From: Laetmonice hystrix
Lineage: Eukaryota
Direction: 5' to 3'
Length of the DNA stretch: 64,000 nt
Assembly (NCBI GenBank): GCA_965235115.1
Contig: OZ249437.1
Span: 45,260,001 to 45,324,000, forward strand
The translations under genes were made by a program, and so were the position numbers. A model generated the notes under the pieces. The model had not been told where the DNA came from and made no database searches. It was given only the letters and a program-made list of their open reading frames with translations. Shown here piece by piece: positions 36,407 through 52,682 of this stretch. The first letter of the stretch is position 1, and each line of letters opens with the position of its first letter.

Positions 36407-39400
36407 TCACTTTAGATCCAGCATCATGGAGGTAGGGTTTTCTAGATACGACTTCCATAAATTGGAAAAACGTGCCATGGTGGCGCCATCCACTATTCGA
36501 TGGTCTGCAGACCAGCTGACTTGCATGACATGTGCAGGGTAGATGGAGCCAGCATGATCAAATCGTGGCAGTTTCTGCAGCATGTAAAGAATGGACATGA
36601 ATTAGGATTATTCATGAAGAGTAGGACTGACCACTTGTTCACTCATCCTTACTTAGAATGCCAACTTTGTGACTCTTGACAGGCAGAGGTGACCAGTGAA
36701 AGTGGGGAACTACATGCTCATTTAACAATGAAATTTGTGCCTTGTGATATCTTATTAAAAATCAAATCGTAGATTTACAACTACTTGAACATGGTGGTTT
36801 TTTTTCATAATCAGCAATTTGTATGTTTTTTGCTCAAAATCTCTGGACAAAGAAAGTTGTTTTTTAATCGTGGTACTATTGTAAACGGCACAAGTATAAA
36901 AAGAACTTCACTGATAGTACTTGCCTGCATTTTTCCAAGGGCCCCAATTGCAACTGCAGGTGGCATAATGACTGGTTTAGTATATGTACCTCCAATCTGG
37001 AATGAAAACAATCAGGATTTATATAATGTTTAATAATCAAAATAGGAACTTCAGAACCTAAATCAATTATCCCATCAAACACTTTTTCTACCCGTAATAA
37101 GAAAAGCCTATCGGCAGTGGTTGCTAAAAGACAAACTTACAGTGCCAATGTTAGAGAGTGCAAACGTGGAGCCTGTGAGGTCTTGTGGTCCAAGCTTTCC
37201 AGCCGAGCCCAACGAGATCATACGATTCATATCTGTGGCAATCTCAAACACACTGTGAGACTGGACGTTTTTAATGACTGGCACCAACAAACCCTCAGGG
37301 GAATCAAAGGCAAAACCTATGTTGTGTGCAGCCTGAAAGAGAAATATGTACATGTGCTTGAATTCAAATTATATAACTCAGTTTGATGTTAAATAGAAAG
37401 ACTGAACATGAACCCCCTTTTGGGTGAACCCTCTTTCAGAATTATGACCCCCCACATTTACATAGTGTCTAGGTCTAGGCTTACAGTAAGACCATCCTTC
37501 CCCCAAAAGGCACAACACTACCCTCTAACGGAAGCTGAAAAGTTACAGAGCCAGAGAAGATGACGACCAAATGACATCATAATAAAGACACGTTCACAAT
37601 TTCCGGGGGAGACCCCACAGACCCCCCTCCCCCTGGAAACGAAGTCCCCCCTTTGAAAAATCCACCATAGAGGATGATAGAGCCCTGCTAACCTTGTATG
37701 TTATCTTCTCGCATTTCTCATCCACCGTGGCATTTAGAATTGGGAAGTGTATTAAGGCCATTGAACATGCCTGAAACAAAATATAGTCTGCTCCTAGAAA
37801 TTGTTCAAGGTATGTCACAAAATCAAGGATAATACATTTATCTTTTGTTTTACTGAAGTGAAATAGCTATTGTGTCTGAAGTTATTTAAGTAAACGACCT
37901 ACTCTGCATGACATGTACTTTACTTATGCATTACTACTTTTGCACCTTTTAGTTTTACTGCACAACTCATGCAATGTTCCCATTCTTAATTCTAGAAATG
38001 GACAGCCTAGAACAATAGCCACCTTCACAAAGATAGGCATGTAGGAAAACTTGATGCCCCGTTGTTCCGACATCTCTTTCAAGTGACCTTTGACTTCAAC
38101 CAATTTGGTCAGGTCAATCTCGTCACAGTAACCAAAATGCGGGATATTCTGAGCCTCAGTCATCATCTTGGCCATGGCTTTGCGGACTCCCTTGATTGGT
38201 TCTGTATGGTCCTTGAGGTCAATGACTGGCGAGGGTCTCACTGGAGCTGCAGGCGTTGGTGGGGCTTTAGGTTTGGTTGGTGCTGGGGATGCTGCCACAA
38301 CTGCAGGTTGTGCTTTTGCTATGTGCGAGAGAAGAAAAAGTTTACTACTGGTATCATTTAAGGAATTTTAAAGAGAAGGGTATCTCACAAAAGGCAAAAC
38401 TGCCTATACTGTATAATAGTTGTATATCATTTTGTGTTTCTAAAGACGTATTTTTAAAATTGCTTATTTTTCTACTCAGATCAAATCATAACGTGCAAAT
38501 ACAAACTTACCTGCAGCTGCAGCTGCAGCTGCCCCTTCTTTTATGTAAAGAAGAACATCTTCTTTTAAAATGCGACAATCTTTTCCAGTGCCTTGGACCT
38601 CTGCCAACTTAATCTATAACAGTATCCAAGCATAATTTTTTTTATTCATAACTTTAATTTTCATACCTTTATAATTACAATTTTTTTTACTGATAACCAT
38701 CTTCCAATTTCTATTGACACCTCAGTTAATAGGAAGAAGTAAAGAAGTCCCTGGAAAGGGTCACCAACCTTGTGCTCTATTGCCAGCCTTCGCACTGCTG
38801 GAGTGGCCAGGACCTTCTCTCCTTTAATGTCCTGCATCATATGTGCCATGGGGTCCGAGGAAGCAACGGCAACATCGCCTTGGTCAACCTGGCCCGACTC
38901 CATAGAATCTAATCACCCAACAAAATATGGCAACCCAATTTACATTTAACTCTAACCTGAGAATGATGAAACTTAATGCAAGTTAACAAACCTTAGCCAA
39001 GGCATTGCTTTTCAATATTTTACTTTCTTGTTTCATAAATCACCTAGGTCAGTTGAGTGAAACTTTCCCAAGCTAGAATATAGTACACCTACCCGTGGCA
39101 CCTTCATCCAGCTCAATGTCCACCAGAGGCTGACCAACAAGTGCTGTATCATCAACCTCATAGTAAAGGTTCCTGATGATCCCATCATACCGACTGGTGA
39201 TGGTCACCGATGCCTTGTCACTCTGGACCTCACAGATGCTGTCAAACTGAGAAACGCGGTCACCTTCTGACACAAACCTGACAAATACAATTGAAAACTT
39301 TTACAATTTATTCAGGTAATTATCTATGTACAGTAGACTTCACATATAACGGCTGCATATACCAGACAATCACCTATAACGTACTGAAACTGGAAGTCCC

Positions 39401-41768
39401 GGTCCCGTCTAACGATAATTCAAATTAAATGCGTATAACAGACTTCGCATATAACAGACAAAAATCTCTGGTGCTAATCAGTACGTTATATGCGAAGTCT
39501 ACCGTATCTCAAACATGTTCATAGGAATGATCGAGGACTGACAAATTATTAAATTTTGTTTACCTAGAAATGAAATTATGCTGACAAAATTTGACCTACC
39601 ATTCCTTCACATTCACCTCACGGATGCCTTCCCCGATGTCTGAGAGTTTGAACTGCACTATTTCACCATTGAAAACTGAAAGGACAAAGCAGATCTAATT
39701 ATAATACACCTTGTCTATTTGCTGTGTTATGTGTGGTCAATATGTTGTCACGTGGTATGATTCATTTTAATGCTGTTCCACAATACTAAAAACTATTGGG
39801 CAAACTATTGGCCAATCAGGTAATAGTTCCAGAAATGATGTCTGGCGATGTCATTTTTATGTCACTGGTGTCATTTGGCATGCACACACAATCTTTCACC
39901 CCATGGCAGGACAGCACATGCACTGTGAGAACTTTAAATGTCATGTAATGCTAAAAGTAACTTTAGGTGACCTGAATGTAAATACACACCTTGACTTGAA
40001 TGGATGAGCCTTGGCGTGAGAAGCCATGGAAACTGCTGCTTGTTCCTGTTAGTGCTCTCATAGTGAAGGTCAGCTTGGCAAACAGTCAAATACTGTCGAC
40101 ATCTTCGAGAGGCCTGGATCAAGAATCAAATATACAGGATCTAGTCAATTCTTACTTCAACTGTTAGTGCAGTGGAGGCCCACGGGACCTACCAAAGGAT
40201 CTCACAACCCCTTTAAAAAAAAAGATTTAAAATGGCCATGTCCCCCTCAGCCTAAGCCACTTTTGTGCCCCACCTAGGATCTCCCCCATCTTGATATGCC
40301 CTACCACATTACTTTTTTTTGAAATTGTACATTCAATCTGAGAGATCCTTGCCTTGGTAGGGTCGAAGACTTTGGCGTAATGCATTTCATTTTGATGGAG
40401 GGGGCAGCTGTTTGCCACTGTCCTTTAATTTTTTATGTGGCTTCCAAACCACAGGTGGCTTGTTTTAGATCTATTGTTATACAGATCTATATTATGGTCT
40501 ATGCCATGGCATAGGATACATTCCTTTCAACACTAATAATTAGTCATATCTCACCTGTTCCACCTTAATTATACCTGTGTGAGTGGATATTGAAAGGCAG
40601 TGCAAGGTTGAGAATCTGTTCTACCATGATGGATGTCTTCCGGCAAAATATTGCATTATCTAATTACTAATTAGGGCCTAGTTGACAACCGATTTAAGAC
40701 TAAACTAACACTAACCCTAGGCCTAACCTTAACCTTAACCCCAACATATGGTTTTGTGTCAGTAATTGGTCAAACTCAATACTTGCTGGCAAAATTACTA
40801 CTTCGACTTTTAAAACACTGATTACACGAATCTGAAATTTTAACATGGAGTCACTAGGGTTCAAAGCTAATTAAGTATTTGAGGAGTTTGGGGTGCTACT
40901 TGAATATTCCAGTAATCGTATTATTACAGGTTTTATTAATACCAGAACCAGTGACAGTAAGTTCTTTTCCCCCCTGTGGAACCACTAGCTGACTAGTACA
41001 AAAAGTTGTACACATGCTACGTTGCTACATGAGAAGTGCTCGTCACCTTTGATGTTTGTAGGATGTAGATGTTTTTATATAATTTACACTTTTAACTTAT
41101 TTTTTTACTATGGAACACTTGTCAAACAAGTTGAGTCTGAAATGAAGGAATTGAATTCAATTGAATATTATAATATAGGGGCCTACCGGGACATTTTTAT
41201 TTTCTATCAGTCTATACGGTATATGATTGGCAGGAATTTGATGAAACAAAGGCTGTCAAAGCTTGGAGAAGTTGGATTCTCTTGGCCTTATTATTTCTTA
41301 GGCTGGGAATGGTGTTAATTGACACTGGGTCTGGGAGATGACACGTACTTAAAAATCATTTAAAATGGCCCACTGTCTAGCTTATTATAACATAAGTATT
41401 ATTAAATTATTTATTTAATTTCCTATATAATATGAGCCTCCTACAACAGTACTTCTGTTTGCATGAGGGCGAGGCCGACAAACACACACCGTCACTGACA
41501 CCGCGTCAGTCGGTCGGAGGGTAACTCTCGTCAGGCACTGAACTTCTGAGACTGAGTCCCAGCCGCACGGCGCAAGGCAGGCTAGCTCTCGGCCTATCTG
41601 AATTACTAGTTTCTGAATGTTCTATGTATTCCCCTATTTGGCAGTCAAATTCATATTAATGTCATGTACCATTAGAAGATCCAGTGTACTCACCAGTACC
41701 CCACGTAAGCGTAAAAACCCGCGCCGGCACGCCCTGTCGACGACTTGCCTACCCACGATTGCTGCCAT
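36407..41768 (-). CDS. DBT: Dihydrolipoamide branched-chain transacylase E2 (BCKDH E2), 11 exons, ~502 aa
   Basis: Exons: 41768-41694, 40113-39990, 39675-39600, 39277-39093, 38908-38769, 38613-38511, 38318-38023, 37770-37693, 37332-37141, 36996-36925, 36574-36407; total 1509 nt. Motifs: [15 protein letters not shown], lipoyl site [17 protein letters not shown], binding domain ATPAVRRLA, catalytic [10 protein letters not shown]. Confidence 0.96.
36575..36924 (-). other. GC-AG intron (last DBT intron)
   Basis: Donor reads CAG|GCAAGT and acceptor CTGCAG|. The frame and the homologous ALGKMQ|KLPRFD junction require this donor. Confidence 0.85.
39331..39504. mobile_element. Pogo/Tigger-like MITE, TA TSD, in a DBT intron
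   Basis: TA|CAGTAGACTTCACATATAACG ... CGTTATATGCGAAGTCTACCG|TA: 21-bp TIR with 2 mismatches. Confidence 0.8.
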
Positions 41769-41910
41769 GTTGTGGACCTTCACTGCGGTCACGTGCGCGC
41801 GTTGTTCTCGCACCTGCCGCGAGGTCAAAACTAAAGCTTGGTTCGGGAGGCAGAGTATGAGAAAGAATTAAACCTTCAATAAGGTTCATATTGTGTTGAA
41901 ACCGTTCAGA
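41769..41910. promoter_or_regulatory. 142-bp shared promoter/5'UTR interval between divergent DBT and RTCA start codons
   Basis: DBT ATG at 41768 (-) and RTCA ATG at 41911 (+). Confidence 0.75.
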
Positions 41911-46250
<4,340 letters not shown>

Positions 46251-47446
46251 GTAAAAGCAGCCACTTATCCTGATATGATATCTATAGATATTGATAGATT
46301 CTTTCACTTTTAAGGAGACTACAAATTCAGGACGAAAGGTATTTATGATGATAAGGTTCTGGTCGCATATATATCATAAACTTTTGTATAATTTGAAGGT
46401 ATTTAAATATATACATGTATATATATCCCTTCGACGTGTTCCTCCGTAAATATTAAACAAAGGATGAGTTTTTTTAGTTTTTATTTCACTGAAAATGAAA
46501 TTATATAAACAGAATGCAATAGGTGTTATTTATATACATCAATGAGATGGAATGATGGAAAGCATATATACGTAGGTCACAACGCAAGATTTGAGTCTCA
46601 CAATCTTCATCAGACAATATTCTCACGGGCCGTCGGGTTCGCTTTTGTAATTTTTCCTTCAGTATTACCTTACTGAAAAGCTGCATACCGTACCTCTACG
46701 ACGCTCTACACCTTAAGTTGTGCTCAAATCACAGGATCACCTGGGTATAAATTCCTGTGTTTTTTTAATATGTATTTTGATTTGACCACGAGGTTATGGT
46801 AATTTTTTGAAGAGTTATTCCAGTAGATGAATGATTAATGAAATTACTGGTAGGTAATAATGATCATGTACTCAATAATTTGATTATCACAGTTTAGAGT
46901 CAGCGCCTCATGATATGTACAAAACGATGCTGTAGCAGGTCCTTGTCAGCCAATTCAACCAGAATCTATTCATCATGGTTCTGTTTTCTCTTGTTTACCT
47001 GCTAAATTGTGTGATATTCGTGATCCACTTTATACAAGTTACCTGTCCAAATTATACATATATATATATACATGTAAAGAAGCCGGTATGAAGGTTCTGT
47101 CTCCACCAAGGGCAAGTCACCCTGGAATCTTAAGTTATGTACAATGTATCTGTATTATGATTCCCTGTAATGTGGCAATAAAGTCTGAAGTTCGACGCTA
47201 TCACAGACATCTTCTCTTTGTCATTCAGGTTATAAATGCCATAGTCCCAAGGTAAAATACCTGGCAGGTGTGGGCAGTGGGTCACCATTTTATAAAACAA
47301 CTTTCTATGACAAGTATCGGCGATAACTTTCACTCAATGAAACCCCATGAAGCATGCCAAGCGTATGTACACCACATTCAAACATAAATCTCTCATAATT
47401 TCTGTACACGTCTGACTAGAATTGGAACTGGTTTGCAAAGTCTCAT

Positions 47447-50400
47447 TCACGTTATCCACCATAACGCAATAATGGCAACAATTAGGGTTACACTGAAGGT
47501 GTAGCTGTAATTCGTGGATGCGCCACTAGAGGCCAGTTTGGTCAAAAGTTCTGAGTTTGATATAAGCCTCTGCATGTCTTTGGCGTGTTTCCGTCTCGTG
47601 TCGTAGGAACGTAGCGAACCGTCGGTGTCGCTTTCATTGCTTTCTGAAATCAGAAACAAAAGTTCGGAGGTCACGTTTAGGTCTTTTAGTACATGTATAT
47701 CGAGGGCACTGTAAGATTATGACAGGGTCTGAGCAGGGGATCACTTTGGTCACTTCAAAAGTACATTATTCTTTTGATATTATGCTTTGATTGGTTCATG
47801 TTTCCAGTACAAGAGCACCGTAAAGCAATCTTTTTCTTATGTCAAGAGTCACTAAAGGTCACTGATGTGAACTTACCGCAGTTTTTAAAAGCATTTGAAA
47901 TGCAAGATAGTATTCCATACATGCAGCGACATATGGTGCAGTCGTCACGAAATATTTGCCCGTGCGGTATTCGGAGGCAATTTTGCTTTCGCCGTTCGCA
48001 CCAGCGTCCCTCATAATTCCTATGGAATAAGAATTGGTGAACAAAATAGTTAATTATCTCTTTTAGGTTAACCGCAATACAGAAATAAAAGTTCGACCCA
48101 ATTTCTAGGCAGATATGCAGCCCCTAAGGAGGGCGGTGAAATGTTCATTGAGGGCCACGTATCATGAATCAAGCAATCTGGAGTACTGATCCGCCAAATG
48201 TCCGGGGAAATCAATTTACAAGTGAGACATTAACTCCCATCCCCGTTTAATTGCCTTGGGCCTGCACCTAGTGATCTAGGTATAAGCAGGTAACTCATCA
48301 GTTGTCCTTCAACGATTCATTACTAGGATTAAACAGTGCAGTTTGTTTCAGTAGCGCCTTCCTGCATTGCTATACTGTACATCTGGTATATTTTGCGTGT
48401 TTTAATTTCGCGACTTTCGCATTTAAAAAAACGCGAAATCAAGAAACACCAAATGAACACTTGGAACTGAAGTCAAACCAGCCCAAAATGAAAAAAACGC
48501 GAAATTTTATTCACGTCAAATTAAAGTTATTTACAGTATACAGGCCAGACGAGGATAGCAAATTTACCTTGGACATGCGCAAAGTGTTCCTAATAGCGGG
48601 ACCCCGCCGTTTTTGCAGCAGTGTACTTTTCCATTGGGAGATACAATTCCTGTCAGAAAATAAACAGATGACATAACAGATTTATTATTAGAAAACAAGT
48701 TACAATGGCATAATTGGAAGGCGTGTCCAGTCCCGCCCCTTTAGCCCGCCAATACTTGGCCTGAAGTATCACTAACGGCAATTATCTGATCTAGGTAACT
48801 AATTCTTCTTAAAATATTACAGGGACGCAGCTGTGAATTAAGGAGAATAGGCCAACATGAGAGGAGAGGTGGGGAGCGTGGATGTACTGAAATCCCTCCC
48901 ATGTTTAGAAGTGTCTCCAGGAATAGACATGCCTGTTTTCACAGCTTTCTCCAGTATCCGAGTACTAGATTCACCCAAACACGCGCACCCCACTGCGTTA
49001 TTTCACCCCCTGCTAGCAATGAAACGGCAGGAAACAATGCAACTAATGGTTAAGGTTCCGTGGGATTGTTAAAGGCGTAAACTAGACAGTTTGACTACGT
49101 ATATGGTGGGGAAATATAGGCGTCTTCATAAATTCTAAGGAGGTGTGTGTGTGTGGGGGGGGGGGGGCACTAGATGCCATGTTTTAAAGGACCCGCGTGC
49201 GTTGTAACTTTGTAGCACAAGGAAAGTCAAAACAGTAATTTTCTTGTGTAGGCCTATTCACCCGAAATGGCTAATAGGCCTATTTTCCGTTCCATCTACT
49301 TTCATTCAGACGCATATGGAAAATATTAATTTAGATATTGGGCCTGGTAAGGTTTAATTTTGAAATGTTTAACATTTTGAGATATTAAAGAATGCAAAAA
49401 TGAAATTCAGCTGTAACTTTGTTATGGTTGTACATGGGTTTAATCCGTTGGCCTACCGCTAATGTGGCCTATATAGTATACAATATTAATAGTACAAATG
49501 TATATTCCTAGAACTACACCGGAACTTTCCCAGGCTTTGACGACGGCATAGCACAGGAACGTGAGAGATTGTAGGGAATGTCTTACCTGACCCGGGAGGA
49601 CACGCTTTATGACGACTTTGACTGGAGGTTTCGGCCGACGCTGACACTAGCGACCCCTTGGTCGGCTTAATGTGACGCGTCTCTTTATCCTTGGTTCCCA
49701 TGGCATCTGTTAAATGGACGCGGACTTGGTTTTTATTCGTGCAAATTAACATACATGTATTGCGAATCATATTATTTTCGGTTTAAATTGTGTAAATGTT
49801 TAGCGGTCCCAATAATATTGTTAGTTGATATTTTATAATTAATGCTTTCAAACATATTGTAGAGGGCCTAGAGTATAATGCTAAATCCTTGGTAGGCCTA
49901 TCATCTCTCTAAAACACAATAACTTTAAACATCAAAGGCGGTTTCTCTGTGTAAGCCTATACCTTCCTATCCTTCCTTCACGTCTCCCTTGCCAGTATAA
50001 GTGTTGCCGTGCAATAGACTATATAGACCTAGGACTGTCATGGTCCTATATATTTCCCACACCCACAGCGCCATTCCTTTAGTTCCCGCCCCCGCCCCCG
50101 CCCCCGCCCCCGCCCTTCGCATGCCGTATTGGGCAACTCGTATACAAGACGATAAGACGGGGCCGATTAAAGACCAAATACGATACGTTTCCAAGGCTGG
50201 TTCTATGGACGACAAAGTATATGATCATAAAGTTCACCTTACATATGGGGTTATATACGACTGGTACGTTTCTGTTGGCGAGGTGAGCGATATAGTTTTT
50301 GTCAATTGCTTCAATTGTCTGCATGTAATTATCGGATTATTAGTCAATCCCACGATTAAATACAGTCTTAGCAAAGAGGTGGCATTGTGTTGGGGACGTG

Positions 50401-52682
50401 ACCTGCATGGGTACACCATATGTGTAGCTAAAATAATTGTTGGTCATAATCTCTAAACTATAATGGCAGTGGGATAATTCAAGATCAGAGGATTTCGGAA
50501 CGATCAATGGACATGATAAACTTTGTGGGATGATGGTTTCTATATCGTTCACCTTTCATCTCAGATAATCTCAGAATCTCATAACGTGGTCCAAGTATAT
50601 TTCTGTTTTTAATTTCTAAATTTAATTCCTTATTAATTAAAATCGCGATGGCTATTATATTCTCCCCATAATGTTGATTCTAAATATCAGCTGAAGAGAA
50701 GAAATCGACAGACCTCTGAATACCCCCCTCCGGAAGAATAATTAACAGTAATTAACCTCTGAGTTTACAGCGTGGTAACATACAGTCTCATTAACACCAT
50801 TTGTATATTAAATGCAGCTGAGTTGATAATACATGTATTGTGTTTCCGAGCTCTTTAACACATCGTGTATTGTACGCTGATTTCCTGAGTGTCAGGAAAA
50901 CCTCACAGAGTGTTAAAATCGCACCATTTGTGTCAAGATCAATTACAAACGTGTATTGAAAGCCTTTGACCGCCAAGGACCCCTTTATCACTCTGTCTAT
51001 ATTATAGGCCTATATAAACCCAGCCATTACATGTAGGATTGTTTCGTCAGCAATCAAGTGTTAGGTAAAGTAGGCCTAAAGTAAAACAGCTGTTCGGACT
51101 TATGTTGGACAGCTCTTCCACGCGATCCCCGTCTAAATAAAATCTCAGGGGGAAGGGCTATATTTTCGTATGTTGCATGAGTTGGTCTTGCACGCGCTTC
51201 ACGGTTTTACTGCTCATGTTTCGACACCACAGCATCGGTCTATCAGCGTGGGATCTTAATTTAGTTATAGTATAAGCTTTAGCACAATTTACTTCGTTCG
51301 ACTGACTTACCTGTGTGGCAGCAAAGTAGTATTGTCAAAGTCCACCAACATATGCACGTCCACGGAAAGGATCTCCTGAATGTGTGAAATCAACAGTTAG
51401 TGCTATGTACATAAACTATGCCTGTATTACAGTATAGACCTATTATAATAATATTGCATAAGGCCTATACATGAAGTAGACCCAACTGAAAAAGAAGCAA
51501 CACGACATGGTATTTTAGGTCTATATCAGTGGCGGATTTCAGAAAAGGGGAGCGGGCACCTTTTGGTGGATAATCGGTGGCCCTTTTTTCGGCGGGGGGG
51601 GGGGGGGGGGGGCGTGTTTACTAAACATATAGGGTAGACATTTCTCCCATTTCTTTCAACGAAATTCCCTTATATTTTATGCATAAAACATAGAAAATAG
51701 GCAAGAGTTTGGAAAATGGGGGGGGGGGGGGCGGGTCCTTGTGATAAAAGTTACAACTATACTTCTGACAGCATCATATCTGCACATCTGTCAATAGGGC
51801 CTATATGATCTCAGTACCGATATTTGGGCGTACACAATGTCCACACGCGATATGCCTATACTGCTTTTGATGTAACTCCTGCAAGTTTATCTTATAGCAC
51901 TCGCTGGTTATTTATAACAGTTACCTGTGTGCATTATTGTATCGTGTATAGATCTATGCCTATATGCATTATGATACAGGTATACGCCCACATATAGCCA
52001 TGCACTTTGCGCATATGAGTCCGGCAAACTCGACTCTTTGAAGTGACACACATCAAACAATACAGTTACTTCTAGGTATTGACCTTATCCCTCCAAATAC
52101 TGTGCCCATTCTATTTCTATTAATAGCTCTATCAAACTTAGAAAAGCCCAAGGGATGCATTGTTTACAAATCCTGTGCAGTATTAGTATGTGGGTTTTGG
52201 AGTATTTTTATACCTCCCGCGCTCACCCACACTCACACCCACGGAGAGTCCTAGTCCCATACTCTTTACATTTACCTATGGACAGGGGGAGGGGCTACGT
52301 TTAATTTTGTTTCCGATGTTCGTACTTTAGAATATGACAACATAACATATCACAAAACAGCGAAGTTCACATTTCAGGATAGATCCATTTGTATTTCTAC
52401 AGTTAATAGACGGGGCAGAAACATTAATTTTATAGGGATCGCCGAGGGACGAGTATAGAAGTGTTGTTCACATACAGGCGTATAGGCCTATAGACAGCAC
52501 TTCTACTCATGCAGGGGATGGGACGGTAATACCTCTCGACGCGGGATTCCTAGAAATACGTTAAATATTCTTTCCGTGAATCGCCTTCTGAATATATTGT
52601 CATCATACAAGTTCTCTTTATCTACCGGTATATTCAACTATTAAAGGCCTACAAGTTAATCGTTAACTTACCGGACATACAT
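47447..52682 (-). CDS. EGF-CFC family protein (Cripto/Cryptic/oep-like), 6 exons, ~205 aa, signal peptide and GPI-type hydrophobic tail
   Basis: Exons: 52682-52672, 51375-51311, 49706-49587, 48649-48568, 48019-47877, 47643-47447; total 618 nt, phase-consistent. Signal peptide MYVRRSFPWTCICWWTLTILLCCHT; EGF-like CCKNGGVPLLGTLCACPRNYEGRWCE; CFC CLRIPHGQIFRDDCTICRCMYGILSCISNAFKNC; tail SSGASTNYSYTFSVTLIVAIIALWWIT. Confidence 0.88.
48373..48538. mobile_element. Second copy of the TA-flanked MITE family seen at 8791-8970 (EGF-CFC intron)
   Basis: TACTGTA ... TTTACAGTA ends and shared internal blocks. Confidence 0.75.
50085..50115. repeat. (CCCCCG)n hexamer run, ~5 units; GC-box array / potential G-quadruplex on the - strand
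   Basis: CCCGCCCCCGCCCCCGCCCCCGCCCCCGCCC read directly. Confidence 0.85.
50121..50741 (+). CDS. Candidate small (70-80 aa) gene nested antisense in EGF-CFC intron 2
   Basis: ATG 50121 to a strong donor GAG|GTGAGC at 50282 (54 codons, MPYWATRIQDDKTGPIKDQIRYVSKAGSMDDKVYDHKVHLTYGVIYDWYVSVGE). Optional 30-nt exon 50565-50594 and terminal exon 50691-50741 (LKRRNRQTSEYPPPEE*), all phase 0. TATA-like CTATATAT at ~50046. No homologue recognised. Confidence 0.45.

Noticed and set aside
40700-40745. TAACCC/TAACCT telomere-like repeats (also ~27597-27640)
   Set aside because: Short and degenerate; common in dispersed repeats, with no evidence of a true interstitial telomere.
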